Positions 49,226 to 59,923 of a stretch of 64,000 nucleotides of DNA are shown here, piece after piece. The translations under genes were made by a program, and so were the position numbers. Each line of letters begins with the position of its first letter. Positions within the stretch are counted from its first letter, which is position 1. Source of the stretch: an uncultured Chloroflexia bacterium (lineage in GTDB: Bacteria; Chloroflexota; Limnocylindria; Limnocylindrales; CSP1-4); the NCBI GenBank assembly GCA_963752475.1, contig CAVVYR010000007.1, forward strand, positions 512,001 through 576,000. Reading direction: 5' to 3'. Below the pieces are notes generated by a model. It saw only the letters and a program-made list of their open reading frames with translations. It was not told the origin of the DNA and searched no databases.

Positions 49226-50347
49226 ATGCCCCAGATCTCGATGCGCCAGCTGCTCGAGGCCGGTGTCCACTTCGGCCACCAGACCCGCCGCTGGAACCCG
49301 AAGATGAAGCCGTACATCTTCGCCGAGCGCAACGGCATCCACATCATCGACCTGGCCCAGACGGCCAGCCTGCTCCGTGAAGCGCTCGACTTCGTCACCG
49401 AGACCGTCGCGCACGGCGACTACGTCCTCTTCGTGGGTACCAAGAAGCAGGCCCAAGAGCCGATCCACGACGAGGCCACCCGCGCCGAGCAGCCCTACGT
49501 CAACCACCGCTGGCTGGGTGGCATGCTCACCAACTTCGTGACCATCCGCAAGCGCGTCGGTCTGCTCGATCAGCTGGAGGCACGCCAGACCAGCGGCGAC
49601 CTCGATCGCCTCTCGAAGAAGGAGGCCTCGCGGCTGACCGACGAGATGGCCCGCCTGCAGCTCAAGCTCGGTGGTGTGCGCAAGATGCGCCGCCTCCCCG
49701 GTGCCGTCTTCGTCGTCGACCCGCAACGCGAGAAGATCGCCGTGACCGAGGCCCGTCGTCTCGAGATCCCGGTCATCGCCACCGGCGACACCAACGTCGA
49801 CCCGGACATGATCGACTACATCATCCCCGCCAACGACGACGCTATCCGCTCCATCCGCCTGCTGTGCAAGATGGTCGCCGATGCCGCTATCGAGGGCATG
49901 GATCAGCGCCAGGCACGCACGGCTGACGAGACCCCCATCGTCGCCGACGTGAGCGACGCCGAGACTGCCAGTGACGAGATGGTGGCCAAGGTCGCCGCGG
50001 GTGGTACCTACAGCTTCGCGCCCGAGCCCGACGAGGACGAGGCAGTGCTGCCGGGTGAGGATGTCGCCGACGCCCCTGCCGAAGGCGCCAAGGCCGATGA
50101 GGCCCCCGCTGCCAAGGTCGATGAGGCCCCCGCTGCCAAGGCCGATGAGGCCCCCGCTGCCAAGGCCGATGAGGCCCCGGCGGAAGCTTCGGCTGCCGAG
50201 ACCCCTGCCGCTGAGGCTCCCGCTGCCAAGTCCGACGAGACCCCGGCGGAAGCCCCTGCCGAGAAGGCCCCCGAGGCTGCGGCCGAGCCGGCTGCCGCCG
50301 CTGATGACGACAAGAAGGACGAGGCTGCCGAGAAGGCCACCTCCTAG
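49226..50347 (+). CDS. rpsB: 30S ribosomal protein S2 with long Ala/Glu/Pro tail
   Basis: [39 protein letters not shown]. Confidence 0.98.
   Translation: MPQISMRQLLEAGVHFGHQTRRWNPKMKPYIFAERNGIHIIDLAQTASLLREALDFVTETVAHGDYVLFVGTKKQAQEPIHDEATRAEQPYVNHRWLGGMLTNFVTIRKRVGLLDQLEARQTSGDLDRLSKKEASRLTDEMARLQLKLGGVRKMRRLPGAVFVVDPQREKIAVTEARRLEIPVIATGDTNVDPDMIDYIIPANDDAIRSIRLLCKMVADAAIEGMDQRQARTADETPIVADVSDAETASDEMVAKVAAGGTYSFAPEPDEDEAVLPGEDVADAPAEGAKADEAPAAKVDEAPAAKADEAPAAKADEAPAEASAAETPAAEAPAAKSDETPAEAPAEKAPEAAAEPAAAADDDKKDEAAEKATS
50087..50182 (+). repeat. 24-bp tandem repeat x4 in the S2 tail
   Basis: GCCAAGGYCGATGAGGCCCCCGCT units (AKADEAPA). Confidence 0.9.
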
Positions 50348-50378
50348 CCCAGACAAGACGAAAGGGAAAGCCAAAGGC

Positions 50379-50978
50379 ATGGCAGAGATCACCGCCGCAC
50401 TGGTCAAGGACCTCCGCGACCGCACCGGTGCAGGCTTCATGGACTGCAAGAAGGCGTTGGCCGAGACCGATGGCGACATCGACGCGGCCATCGAGTACCT
50501 CAAGCAGAAGGGCGTCGCCAAGGCCGCCGGCAAGGCCGGCCGCGACGCGCGTGACGGTCTGGTCGCTTCGTATATCCACGCCGGCGGCAAGCTCGGCGTG
50601 CTCATCGAGGTCAACTCCGAGACCGACTTCGTGGCCCGCAACGAGGACTTCCAGAAGCTCGTCAGGGACATCGCCATGCAGGTCGCCGGCATGGCCCCCC
50701 AGTACGTGACCATCGACAGCATCCCCACCGAGGCCCTCGAGGCCAAGAAGTCCGAACTGCTCGCCGACGAGGCCACGCAGGGCAAGCCCGAGGAGATCCG
50801 CGAGCGGATCGTCGAGGGTCAGCTCAACAAGTGGTACAAGGAGGTCGTGCTCTACGAGCAGACCTTCCGCGACACCGAGATCACCGTGGGCGAGCTCGTG
50901 ACCGAAGCCGTTGCCCGCATCGGCGAGAACATCAGGGTCCGCCGCTTCGTCCGCTACCAGCTCGGCGAAGCGCTATGA
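50379..50978 (+). CDS. tsf: Elongation factor Ts (short form)
   Basis: [35 protein letters not shown]; 199 aa. Confidence 0.97.
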   Translation: MAEITAALVKDLRDRTGAGFMDCKKALAETDGDIDAAIEYLKQKGVAKAAGKAGRDARDGLVASYIHAGGKLGVLIEVNSETDFVARNEDFQKLVRDIAMQVAGMAPQYVTIDSIPTEALEAKKSELLADEATQGKPEEIRERIVEGQLNKWYKEVVLYEQTFRDTEITVGELVTEAVARIGENIRVRRFVRYQLGEAL

Positions 50979-51745
50979 CCGACGGCTCCGCCCGAGCCGT
51001 TGAGGTCGGGGCGCCCGGCGAGGGCGCCCGATTCGGCCGCATCCTGCTCAAGCTCTCGGGTGAGGCGCTGCTGGGCTCGCGTCAGTACGGCGTAGACCCG
51101 GAGAAGTGCGTGTTCATCGCGGAGCAGGTCCGCGCCGCGGTCGATCGCGGCGTGCAGGTCGCCATCGTCGTCGGTGGCGGCAACATCTTCCGGGGCTTGG
51201 CCGCATCCGCCAAGGGCATGGACCGAGCCACCGGCGACTACATGGGCATGCTGGCCACGGTCATGAACGGCCTGGCACTGCAGGACGCCATGGAGTCGGC
51301 CGGCATCGAGACCCGCGTCATGACCGCCATCGGCATGAACGAGGTCGCGGAGCCGTATATCCGTCGCCGTGCCGTGCGCCACCTCGACAAGGGGCGCGTG
51401 GTCATCCTGGCTGCCGGTACGGGCAACCCCTACTTCACCACCGATACCGCCGCCGCGCTGCGCGCCGTGGAGATCGGCGCTTCCGTGCTGCTCAAGGCCA
51501 CCAAGGTCGACGGCGTCTACACCGCCGACCCCGTCAAGGACAGCAGCGCCGAGCGCTTCGACCAGCTCACCTACACCGAGGTGCTGGCCAAGCGCCTGGC
51601 CGTGCTCGACTCGACGGCGACCAGCCTGTGCATGGACAATGAGATGCCGATCCTCGTGTTCGATATCAACAAGCAGGGCAACATCAGGCGGGCCGCGCTG
51701 GGCGAGCCCGTCGGAACGCTCATCCATGGAGGGACCGACGCATGA
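50975..51745 (+). CDS. pyrH: UMP kinase
   Basis: [35 protein letters not shown]. Confidence 0.97.
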   Translation: MTDGSARAVEVGAPGEGARFGRILLKLSGEALLGSRQYGVDPEKCVFIAEQVRAAVDRGVQVAIVVGGGNIFRGLAASAKGMDRATGDYMGMLATVMNGLALQDAMESAGIETRVMTAIGMNEVAEPYIRRRAVRHLDKGRVVILAAGTGNPYFTTDTAAALRAVEIGASVLLKATKVDGVYTADPVKDSSAERFDQLTYTEVLAKRLAVLDSTATSLCMDNEMPILVFDINKQGNIRRAALGEPVGTLIHGGTDA

Positions 51746-52293
51746 GCGACGCCAAGTCCGTCGAAGCCAAGATGTCCGATGCCGTCGAAGCGATGGACAA
51801 GGACTTCAACCACATCCGCACCGGTCGCGCCTCGACATCCCTCGTCGAACGCATCTCGGTCGACTACTACGGCACACAGACCCCGCTGAACCAGCTGGCC
51901 AGCATCAGCGTCCCGGAATCGACGACGCTGGTCATCCAGCCATGGGACCGCGGCGTGCTGGGGGCCGTGGAGAAGGCCATCCAGAAGTCCGACGTCGGCA
52001 TCACGCCCAACAACGACGGCACCGTCGTGCGCCTCAACATCCCGCCTCTCACCGAGGAGCGCCGCAAGGACCTCGTCAAGCAGGTCCACCAGCGGATGGA
52101 GGACACCAAGGTCGAGATCCGCAACCACCGGCGTGATGCGATGGACAGCATCAAGAAGCGCGAGAAGGACGGCGAGCTGGGCAACGACGAGGCTCATCGC
52201 GAGCAGGAAGCGCTGGAGAAGCTGACCCACAAGTGGACCGACGAGGTCGATCGCGTGGGCGCCGCCAAGGAGGCTGAGGTCCTCGAGGTCTAG
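51742..52293 (+). CDS. frr: Ribosome recycling factor
   Basis: [24 protein letters not shown]. Confidence 0.97.
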   Translation: MSDAKSVEAKMSDAVEAMDKDFNHIRTGRASTSLVERISVDYYGTQTPLNQLASISVPESTTLVIQPWDRGVLGAVEKAIQKSDVGITPNNDGTVVRLNIPPLTEERRKDLVKQVHQRMEDTKVEIRNHRRDAMDSIKKREKDGELGNDEAHREQEALEKLTHKWTDEVDRVGAAKEAEVLEV

Positions 52294-53040
52294 GTGTCGG
52301 CACCGTCGGTGACCGAGCGACGAGACGACGGCGAGCACGCCGTGGACCCGGCTGAGCGGATGATCCCACGCCACATCGCCATCATCATGGATGGCAACCG
52401 CCGCTGGGCGCGCTCCCGCGGCCTGCCCGAGGCCCAGGGCCATGCTGCCGGCGTCGAGGCTATCCGGCCCATCGTGCGCCGTGCTTCGGACCTCGGTGTG
52501 GAGGCGCTGAGCATCTACGCGTTCTCTCGCGAGAACTGGCAGCGCTCGAGCGCAGAGGTCGACACGCTCATCGGGCTGCTGGAGGCGGCCATCCGCGACG
52601 AGACCCCCGAGCTCATCGAGCAGGGCATCCAGGTGCGCCTGGCCGGCCGCCTCAGCGAGCTCGGAGCGGAGACGCGCGCCTCGATCGAGCAGGCCGTGAC
52701 AGCGACCGCGAACGGCCGCCGCATGGTCCTCAACGTGGCCTTCAACTACTCCTCGCGGTCGGAGATCGTGGATGCCGTCCGGGACTACGTCGACGAAGGC
52801 AACGCCGTGGCCGCGCTGGACGAGGAGGCGCTGTCCGACTACCTCTACACCGCCGGCCTGCCTGACCCTGACCTGCTCATCCGCACCGGTGGCGATCAGC
52901 GCGTGAGCAACTTCCTGCTGTGGCAGGCAGCCTACGCCGAGCTCTACTTCTGCGACTGCTACTGGCCGGACTTCGGGACCGACGAGCTCGAGGCCGCCAT
53001 CGACGAGTTCGGGCGCCGGTCGCGGCGCTTCGGGCGCTAG
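52294..53040 (+). CDS. uppS: Polyprenyl (undecaprenyl) diphosphate synthase
   Basis: HIAIIMDGNRRWA, FSRENW, DLLIRTGGDQRVSNFLLWQ. Confidence 0.96.
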   Translation: MSAPSVTERRDDGEHAVDPAERMIPRHIAIIMDGNRRWARSRGLPEAQGHAAGVEAIRPIVRRASDLGVEALSIYAFSRENWQRSSAEVDTLIGLLEAAIRDETPELIEQGIQVRLAGRLSELGAETRASIEQAVTATANGRRMVLNVAFNYSSRSEIVDAVRDYVDEGNAVAALDEEALSDYLYTAGLPDPDLLIRTGGDQRVSNFLLWQAAYAELYFCDCYWPDFGTDELEAAIDEFGRRSRRFGR

Positions 53041-53053
53041 GAGCCTCTGGGAC

Positions 53054-53887
53054 ATGCGTGAGCGCGCGATCTCCGCTGCCGTCATCGCCGCGGTCGTCAT
53101 CGTCTTCTTCCTGCTGGGCCAGCCGTGGCTGACCTTCGGCCTCGCCGCGCTCTCAGCGCTCGCCGCCATCGAGGTCTTCCGCCTGCTTCCGGCGGCGGGC
53201 TTCCCGGTAGCCGTCCTGCCAGGCGCGATCCTGCCGCCGATCCTCGTGCTGGCCATGGGCCTCGAGGTCGTCGATGCCGGTTGGCTGGCGGTCTACGTCG
53301 CGGCGGTGCTGATCATCCTGGCCATCGATGCCTTCCGCCGCCCGGAGGTTCGTGACGGCTTCCTCGTCTGGATGGGCGGCAGCTTCGGCGCCGTCTACGC
53401 CGCGATGCTGGCCTTCATGGCGGGCGTCCTCGCGGTCGCACCAGAGGTGCCCGACGACGCGCTGCTGGGCGACACGTTCCTGAGTGCCAGCCAGACTTGG
53501 TTGCTGGTGCTGGTGTTGACGGTGTGGTCGTTCGACACCTTCGCCTACCTCTCTGGCCGCACGTTCAAGCGGGGCCGCTTCCTCAACCACATCTCGCCCA
53601 ACAAGACCTGGAGCGGTGTCATCGGTGGCACCGCGGCCGCGATCGTCGTGGCTGGTGCGCTCGCCTGGGCTGCCGGGCAGGAGCTGTGGGGCGGCCTGGT
53701 CCTGGGCCTGCTCGTGGCCATCGCCGGTCAGGCCGGCGACGTGGCCGAGTCGATGCTCAAGCGGACAGCCGGCGCCAAGGACTCCAGCAACCTCATCCCC
53801 GGGCATGGCGGCATCCTTGACCGCACCGACTCGTTCCTCTTCGCGGCACCGGTCGTCTACGCCTACCTGCTCATCGTCGGGGCTTGA
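53054..53887 (+). CDS. cdsA: Phosphatidate cytidylyltransferase
   Basis: DTFAY, ISPNKTW, GDVAESMLKR..KDS..IPGHGGILDRTDS. Confidence 0.95.
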   Translation: MRERAISAAVIAAVVIVFFLLGQPWLTFGLAALSALAAIEVFRLLPAAGFPVAVLPGAILPPILVLAMGLEVVDAGWLAVYVAAVLIILAIDAFRRPEVRDGFLVWMGGSFGAVYAAMLAFMAGVLAVAPEVPDDALLGDTFLSASQTWLLVLVLTVWSFDTFAYLSGRTFKRGRFLNHISPNKTWSGVIGGTAAAIVVAGALAWAAGQELWGGLVLGLLVAIAGQAGDVAESMLKRTAGAKDSSNLIPGHGGILDRTDSFLFAAPVVYAYLLIVGA

Positions 53888-55116
53888 TGAGGTCCCCGGC
53901 AGGGGAGCGCGGCAGCACCGGTGTGGCGCTGCTCGGCTCGACCGGCTCCATCGGCCGCCAGACGGTCGACGTCCTGACCTCGGGCGAAGCCGGTGCCTTC
54001 GATGTGGTGGCCCTCGCGGCCGGCCGGGACGCCAAGACGATCTCCGAGCAAGCGGATCGGCTGCGACCCAGCGTGGTCTCGTTGGCCGACCGCGACGCGG
54101 CCGCATCGCTCGACCTGCCCGCCGGCACCGAACGGCTCGATGCTGACGACGCGCTCACACAGATGGCCGTGCGTGACGATGTCGACCTCGTCATCGTGGC
54201 GACCGGCGGCGTGGTCAGCCTGCGACCGGTGCTGGCTGCGCTCGAGGCGGGCAAGGTCGTGGCCACGGCCAACAAGGAGACGCTCGTCTCGGCCGGCCAT
54301 CTGGTCATGCCGCTGGCCAAGGCCCGTGCGGCCGTCGCGGCCTCGGCCGACCCCACTGACCCCATGGGCTCGCCGCTGGCCTGGGTCCGGCCCATCGACT
54401 CGGAGCACTCGGCCATCTGGCAGTGCCTCACCGGCGAGAGCCTGTCCGAAGTCGGACGTCTCATCCTGACCGCGTCGGGCGGACCGTTCCGGGAGTGGTC
54501 CGCCAAGCGCATGGCTGCGGCTCGTCCCGAGGATGCCCTCAGGCACCCGAACTGGACGATGGGCGCCAAGATCACCATCGACTCGGCCACGCTGATGAAC
54601 AAGGGCCTGGAGGTCATCGAGGCGCACTGGCTATACGATGTGCCCTACGAGCGGGTGGACGTCGTCGTCCATCCGCAGAGCCTGGTCCACTCGTTCGTCG
54701 AGTTCGTGGACGGCTCGCTCAAGGCCCAGCTCGGCCTTCCCGACATGCGCATCCCCATCCAATACTCCGTCACCTATCCCCATCGAACGGCCGGTCCGGC
54801 ACCTCGGCTCGACCTCATGGAGCACTCCCAGATGACCTTCCAGGCACCCGACCTCGAGCGCTTCCCGGCGGTCCCCATCGCGCGGGCCGCGGGCGAAGCC
54901 GGCCCCGGCGCCACGGCCGCTCTCATCGCCGCTGACGACATCGCCGTCGAGCGATTCCTCGCCGGTGGACTCACCTATCCCGGCATGGCCCGGATGGTCG
55001 CCACCGCCATCGAGCGCTTCAGTGTCGGCCAGGCGCCGCCGCTCGAAGAGCTCGAAGCCATCGACGCCGACGTCCGCGCTTGGGCGCGTGACGTCCGTGA
55101 GGAGGCGCTGGCCTGA
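53887..55116 (+). CDS. dxr: 1-deoxy-D-xylulose-5-phosphate reductoisomerase
   Basis: LGSTGSIG, ANKE, PIDSEH, TASGGPF, HPNWTMG.KITIDSATLMNKGLE. Confidence 0.97.
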   Translation: MRSPAGERGSTGVALLGSTGSIGRQTVDVLTSGEAGAFDVVALAAGRDAKTISEQADRLRPSVVSLADRDAAASLDLPAGTERLDADDALTQMAVRDDVDLVIVATGGVVSLRPVLAALEAGKVVATANKETLVSAGHLVMPLAKARAAVAASADPTDPMGSPLAWVRPIDSEHSAIWQCLTGESLSEVGRLILTASGGPFREWSAKRMAAARPEDALRHPNWTMGAKITIDSATLMNKGLEVIEAHWLYDVPYERVDVVVHPQSLVHSFVEFVDGSLKAQLGLPDMRIPIQYSVTYPHRTAGPAPRLDLMEHSQMTFQAPDLERFPAVPIARAAGEAGPGATAALIAADDIAVERFLAGGLTYPGMARMVATAIERFSVGQAPPLEELEAIDADVRAWARDVREEALA

Positions 55117-56363
55117 TGGACGCCATCATCAACCTCGTTCTGCTCCTGGTCCTGCTGTCGGTCCTCGTCCTCCTGCACGAGCTGGGCCACTTCGTCGCTG
55201 CGCGCCGCGCCGGGGTCACGGTCCACGAGTTCGGTATCGGTTTCCCCCCGCGAGCCAAGGTCCTGTTCAAGCGCGGCGACACCATCTACACGCTCAACTG
55301 GCTGCCCATCGGTGGCTTCGTGCGCCTGGAGGGTGAGGAACGCAGCCCGGCCGATGGCACCGTCGACGAAGAGCCGGCGGGCGAGCCATCGCACCCGGAT
55401 GCTGCCGACCCGCGTGCCTTCGTCAATCAGCCTCTCCGCACCCGCCTCTGGATCCTCTTCGCTGGCGTGGCCGTGAACTTCGTGCTCGCCTGGCTCATCT
55501 TCACGCTGGTAGCGATGCTGGCCCAGCCCATCTGGAAGGTCCGCGTGGCTGACGTCCAGCCCGATTCGCCCGCTGCTGCGGCGGGGCTCGTCGGCGGCGA
55601 GTACTTGGAGACCGTGACCCTCAGCGGTGTGGATGCCGACGGGGTCGCTTACGAGGAGGACCTCGACCTCTTCGACGCCAGCGGCGATGCCATCGTGGCC
55701 GTGAACGGTATGGCCTTCCCGGTCTTCGACGACATGGCTAGCGTGGAATCCAGCACCGGCGCGACACGGCCCGGCCTGTTGGTGTACGTGAGCGACCGAC
55801 CCTCGGAGACCCTGACCGTCACCGTCGAGCGCGCGGATGGCACGCTCGAGGACCTCGAAGCCACGACCCGCACGGCCCAGGAGATCGAGGCTGAGATGGG
55901 CGCACTCGGCTTCCAGGTCCAAGCGTACGAGTTCGATTACCAGCAGAACGGGCTCATCGACTCGATGGTCATCGGCCTCGAGCGCACGGTCGAGACCTCG
56001 ACGCTCATCCTGCGTGCGGTCGGCGGCATCGTGGTCGGCCTCTTCAGCGGCTCCGCGGAGGGCCTCGAAGACGTGGCCGGGCCGGTCGGCATGGTCAGCG
56101 TCGTGGGCGACGTGCGGACCTTGCTGCCACCGATCTTCCTGCTCTGGTTCGTGGGCCTCATCTCGGCCAACCTGGCCGTACTCAACGCCCTGCCCATCCC
56201 GCCGCTCGACGGCAGCAGGATGGTGATGGCCGTGGTCCAGCGGCTCAGCGGCGATCGCATCAGCGCGGCTACCGAGCGACTCGTCTACTTCACCGGCTGG
56301 GTCGTCCTGATGGTGTTCATCGCCATCGTCACCATCAGCGACATCCAGGGGTTATTCGAGTGA
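55116..56363 (+). CDS. rseP: M50 site-2 metalloprotease with PDZ-like region
   Basis: [28 protein letters not shown]. Confidence 0.92.
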   Translation: MDAIINLVLLLVLLSVLVLLHELGHFVAARRAGVTVHEFGIGFPPRAKVLFKRGDTIYTLNWLPIGGFVRLEGEERSPADGTVDEEPAGEPSHPDAADPRAFVNQPLRTRLWILFAGVAVNFVLAWLIFTLVAMLAQPIWKVRVADVQPDSPAAAAGLVGGEYLETVTLSGVDADGVAYEEDLDLFDASGDAIVAVNGMAFPVFDDMASVESSTGATRPGLLVYVSDRPSETLTVTVERADGTLEDLEATTRTAQEIEAEMGALGFQVQAYEFDYQQNGLIDSMVIGLERTVETSTLILRAVGGIVVGLFSGSAEGLEDVAGPVGMVSVVGDVRTLLPPIFLLWFVGLISANLAVLNALPIPPLDGSRMVMAVVQRLSGDRISAATERLVYFTGWVVLMVFIAIVTISDIQGLFE

Positions 56364-57577
56364 CGCAGCGTCGCGCCACCACGCGAGTGGACGTCGGCGG
56401 CGTGGCCATGGGCGCCGAGGAGCCGGTGGTGGTGCAGTCGATGACCAACACCGACACCGCGGACATCGATGCCACGGCGCTGCAGGTGGCGGCCCTGGCG
56501 CACGCCGGCTCGGAGCTCGTTCGCATCACCGTCAACAACGAGGAGGCGGCGCGCGCCGTGCCCGAGATCCGGCGCAAGCTGGACGACCTCGGTATCGAGG
56601 TGCCGCTCATCGGCGACTTCCACTACAACGGCCATCTGCTGCTGCCGGGCTTCCCGGAGATGGCGGCAGCCCTGGCCAAGTACCGCATCAACCCTGGCAA
56701 CGTCGGATCCAAGCGCCGGGATGAGAACTTCAGCACCATCGTCGAGACCGCCATCGAGCACGACAAGCCTGTGCGCATCGGGGTCAACTGGGGCTCGCTG
56801 GATCAGGACCTGCTGACCGAGATGATGGACGCCAACGCCCGCTCGGCGGACCCGCTCGACACGCGGGAGGTGATGATCGAGGCCATGAATGCGTCGGCGC
56901 TGCGCTCGGCGGAGCTGGCCGAGTCCGTCGGCCTGGGTCATGACCGCATCATCATCAGCGCCAAGGTGTCGGGCGTCCGCGACCTCGTCGACGTCTATCG
57001 CGCGCTGGCCGAGCGCTGCGACTACCCGCTGCACGTCGGCCTCACCGAGGCCGGCATGGGGATGAAGGGCACGGTCGCCTCGACCGCCGGCCTGGCCATC
57101 CTGCTCGAGCAGGGTATCGGCGACACCATCCGGGTCTCGCTCACACCGGAGCCTGGCGGCGACCGCACCGAGGAGGTGCTCGTGGCCATGCAGGTGCTGC
57201 AGTCGATGGGTCTGCGTTCGTTCCGGCCCCAGGTCAGCGCCTGCCCCGGTTGTGGTCGTACCACCAGCACGTTCTTCCAGGAGATGGCCCAGGCCATCGA
57301 GGGCCACATCGCCGAGCGCATGCCCCAGTGGTCGGAGGCCTACCCGGGCGTGGAGGACATGTCGGTGGCGGTGATGGGCTGCGTCGTCAACGGCCCGGGC
57401 GAGTCCAAGCACGCGGACATCGGCATCAGCCTGCCGGGCACCTTCGAGGAGCCCAAGGCGCCGGTCTTCATCGACGGCGAGCTACACGACACGCTCAAGG
57501 GTGACGGCCTCGTCGATGAGTTCATCGGCATCCTCGAGGGCTACGTCGAGCGCCGCTATGGGTCGCCACCCGCGTAG
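56360..57577 (+). CDS. ispG: (E)-4-hydroxy-3-methylbut-2-enyl-diphosphate synthase
   Basis: [38 protein letters not shown]. Confidence 0.97.
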   Translation: MTQRRATTRVDVGGVAMGAEEPVVVQSMTNTDTADIDATALQVAALAHAGSELVRITVNNEEAARAVPEIRRKLDDLGIEVPLIGDFHYNGHLLLPGFPEMAAALAKYRINPGNVGSKRRDENFSTIVETAIEHDKPVRIGVNWGSLDQDLLTEMMDANARSADPLDTREVMIEAMNASALRSAELAESVGLGHDRIIISAKVSGVRDLVDVYRALAERCDYPLHVGLTEAGMGMKGTVASTAGLAILLEQGIGDTIRVSLTPEPGGDRTEEVLVAMQVLQSMGLRSFRPQVSACPGCGRTTSTFFQEMAQAIEGHIAERMPQWSEAYPGVEDMSVAVMGCVVNGPGESKHADIGISLPGTFEEPKAPVFIDGELHDTLKGDGLVDEFIGILEGYVERRYGSPPA

Positions 57578-57645
57578 CCACCGACGGCGGGCGGCTACGC
57601 TACGATTCGCAACGCCCGCACCCCTCGATCCCATCAGGAGGCTCT

Positions 57646-59106
57646 GTGTCCAAGTCCGGTTTCGTCAGTGAGCTGACACGTCAGTCAGAGGATTTCCCCG
57701 GCTGGTACAACGACGTCGTCCGCAAGGCGGAGCTGGCCAGCAACTCACCGGTGCGGGGCTGCATGATCATCCGCCCCTATGGCTTCGCCATCTGGGAGTC
57801 GATGCGCGACGAACTCGACCGCTACATCAAGGCCACCGGGCATGACAACGTCTACTTCCCGGTCTTCGTGCCCAAGTCGCTGCTGGACCGTGAGGCCGAT
57901 CACGTCGAGGGCTTCGATCCCCAGGTCGCCTGGGTCACGCGTGCGGGGGGCAGCGACCTTGATGAGCCGCTGGCCATCCGGCCGACCTCGGAGGCCATCA
58001 TCGCGGAGGTCGTGAAGGACTGGATCCAGTCGTACCGCGACCTGCCGCTGCTGATGAACAGCTGGAACAACGTCGTACGCTGGGAGATGCGCACGCGCCT
58101 GTTCCTGCGCACGTCCGAGTTCCTGTGGCAGGAGGCTCACACCTTCCACGCCACCGCGGAGGAAGCCGCGGAAGAGGTCGCCACCGGTCTCGCCGGCTAC
58201 GTCAAGGTCTCCGAGGAGTGGCTGGGGATCCCCGTGGTCCAGGGTCGCAAGAGCCCGGCCGAGACGTTCCCGGGCGCGGACTACACCCATGCGGTCGAGG
58301 CCATGATGCGCGACAAGAAGGCGCTGCAGGCCGGCACCAGCCACATGCTGGGCCAGAACTTCGCCAAGGCTGCCGATATCACCTTCCTGGACCAGAACAA
58401 CGAGCGGGTCCACCCCTACGGCACCAGCTGGGGCTTCAGCACGCGCATGGTCGGCGCGACGATCATGGCCCACGGTGACGACTCGGGCCTGGTGCTGCCG
58501 TCCAACGTGGCCCCGGTGCAGGTCGTGGTCGTGCCCATCTTCCGCAAGGAGGAGGACCGCGTGGCCGTGGCCGGTGCGATCGAGAAGCTGGAGGCGATCT
58601 TCGCCGACATCCAGACGGTTTCCGGCCCGCTGCGCTACAAGGTCGACTGGCGCGAAGAGACGCCCGGCTACAAGTACAACCACTGGGAGCTGCGCGGCGT
58701 GCCGTTCCGCCTCGAGATCGGGCCGCGCGACGTGGCCAACGATGCAGCCATGATCGTCCGCCGCCTGGACCGGGCCAAGGAGTCGCTGCCGATGGCCTCG
58801 CTGATCGAGGAGTTGCCCAAGCGACTGGTGCAGTACCAAGCGGACGTCTTCGAGCGCGCGCTCGACTACCGCACCGAGAACACGTTCTCGGTCGACACCC
58901 TCGGTGAGATGACCGAGGTGCTCGAGGGCGACGGTGGCTTCCTCATGGCGCCCTGGTGCGGTTCGGCCGAGTGTGAGAAGTCCGTCTCGAACGAAAACGG
59001 CGCGACCATCCGCGTCGTGCCCTTCGATTCGCCCGACGAGGCCGGAACGTGCATCGTCGATGGCGCCCCCAGCGAGCGCCGGGCCCTCTTCGCCCGCTCC
59101 TACTAG
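57646..59106 (+). CDS. proS: Proline--tRNA ligase, archaeal/eukaryote-type
   Basis: EADHVEGF, RPTSE, FLRTSEFLWQE, LQAGTSHMLGQNF, C-terminal FARSY; no insertion editing domain. Confidence 0.97.
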   Translation: MSKSGFVSELTRQSEDFPGWYNDVVRKAELASNSPVRGCMIIRPYGFAIWESMRDELDRYIKATGHDNVYFPVFVPKSLLDREADHVEGFDPQVAWVTRAGGSDLDEPLAIRPTSEAIIAEVVKDWIQSYRDLPLLMNSWNNVVRWEMRTRLFLRTSEFLWQEAHTFHATAEEAAEEVATGLAGYVKVSEEWLGIPVVQGRKSPAETFPGADYTHAVEAMMRDKKALQAGTSHMLGQNFAKAADITFLDQNNERVHPYGTSWGFSTRMVGATIMAHGDDSGLVLPSNVAPVQVVVVPIFRKEEDRVAVAGAIEKLEAIFADIQTVSGPLRYKVDWREETPGYKYNHWELRGVPFRLEIGPRDVANDAAMIVRRLDRAKESLPMASLIEELPKRLVQYQADVFERALDYRTENTFSVDTLGEMTEVLEGDGGFLMAPWCGSAECEKSVSNENGATIRVVPFDSPDEAGTCIVDGAPSERRALFARSY

Positions 59107-59127
59107 CCTCAGCTCGGAGGCCGTGGC

Positions 59128-59826
59128 GTGGCCATCCTCTGTCGCGATATCGGCCTGCTCTTCCTGCAAGCGCCGCATACCGGCTCGACCTCGCTGGGAA
59201 CGCTCTTCCGCGAGGACTTCGGCGGCGTCAAGCTCCTCGAGGACCGGGTGCGGGATGAGAAGGGCAGGATCGTGCTGCGGCAGAAGCACCAGAGTCTGCC
59301 GCAGCTGCTCGAGGCCGGGCTCATCACGCAACAGGAGCGTCGAGACCTGCTGGTCGTGGTCGGCGTGCGCAACCCGTACGACCTGGTGCTGACGGAGTAC
59401 GCCCGCAACCGCGAGGCTGGCACCGTCTCCCGAGCGCAACGGCTCATGCGCCGAGTGGGCCTCAGCCGGGACTTCTCCACGCCTGACTTCGAGCGCTTCG
59501 TGGTCCGGCGCTACACGCCCAACGCGCTCTACCGGGCGCTCGGGCGCCGACCGATGGTGCCGGTGGACTGGACCGAGGGCGCCGACCACATCATCCGCTT
59601 CGAGGCCATGCAAGAGGGGCTGGACCAAGCCCTGCGCAAGGCCGGCGTGAGCGAGCCCCATCCGCTGCCGCACCGCAACCCCACACGGTCGCGCCGAGAC
59701 CGCGACTACCGCACGATGTACACGCCTCGGGCACGTGAGATCGTGACTCGCGCCTACGCTCGCGAGTTGCACCAGCACGGCTACGCCTTCGAGTCTGACG
59801 ACGGCGGGGGGCGCGATGGAGAGTGA
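59128..59826 (+). CDS. Sulfotransferase family 2-like protein with divergent PAPS motifs
   Basis: LLFLQAPHTGSTSL, KH, VRNPYD, IIRFE, LPHRN..DYRTMY..GYAF layout. Confidence 0.7.
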   Translation: MAILCRDIGLLFLQAPHTGSTSLGTLFREDFGGVKLLEDRVRDEKGRIVLRQKHQSLPQLLEAGLITQQERRDLLVVVGVRNPYDLVLTEYARNREAGTVSRAQRLMRRVGLSRDFSTPDFERFVVRRYTPNALYRALGRRPMVPVDWTEGADHIIRFEAMQEGLDQALRKAGVSEPHPLPHRNPTRSRRDRDYRTMYTPRAREIVTRAYARELHQHGYAFESDDGGGRDGE

Positions 59827-59858
59827 TATACTGATCGTCTGACCGTAATCGGCCGCCT

Positions 59859-59888
59859 AGAACGTGGGTGACCCCCACGTTTTGTTGT
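59859..59888 (+). terminator. Attenuator-like hairpin in the nusA leader
   Basis: AACGTGGG-tgacc-CCCACGTT followed by TTGTTGT, between TGaTATACT (59824-59832) and the nusA SD. Confidence 0.7.
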
Positions 59889-59923
59889 GAGCGGGAGAAT
59901 GTACATCGAAAGGAGAGCGACGC

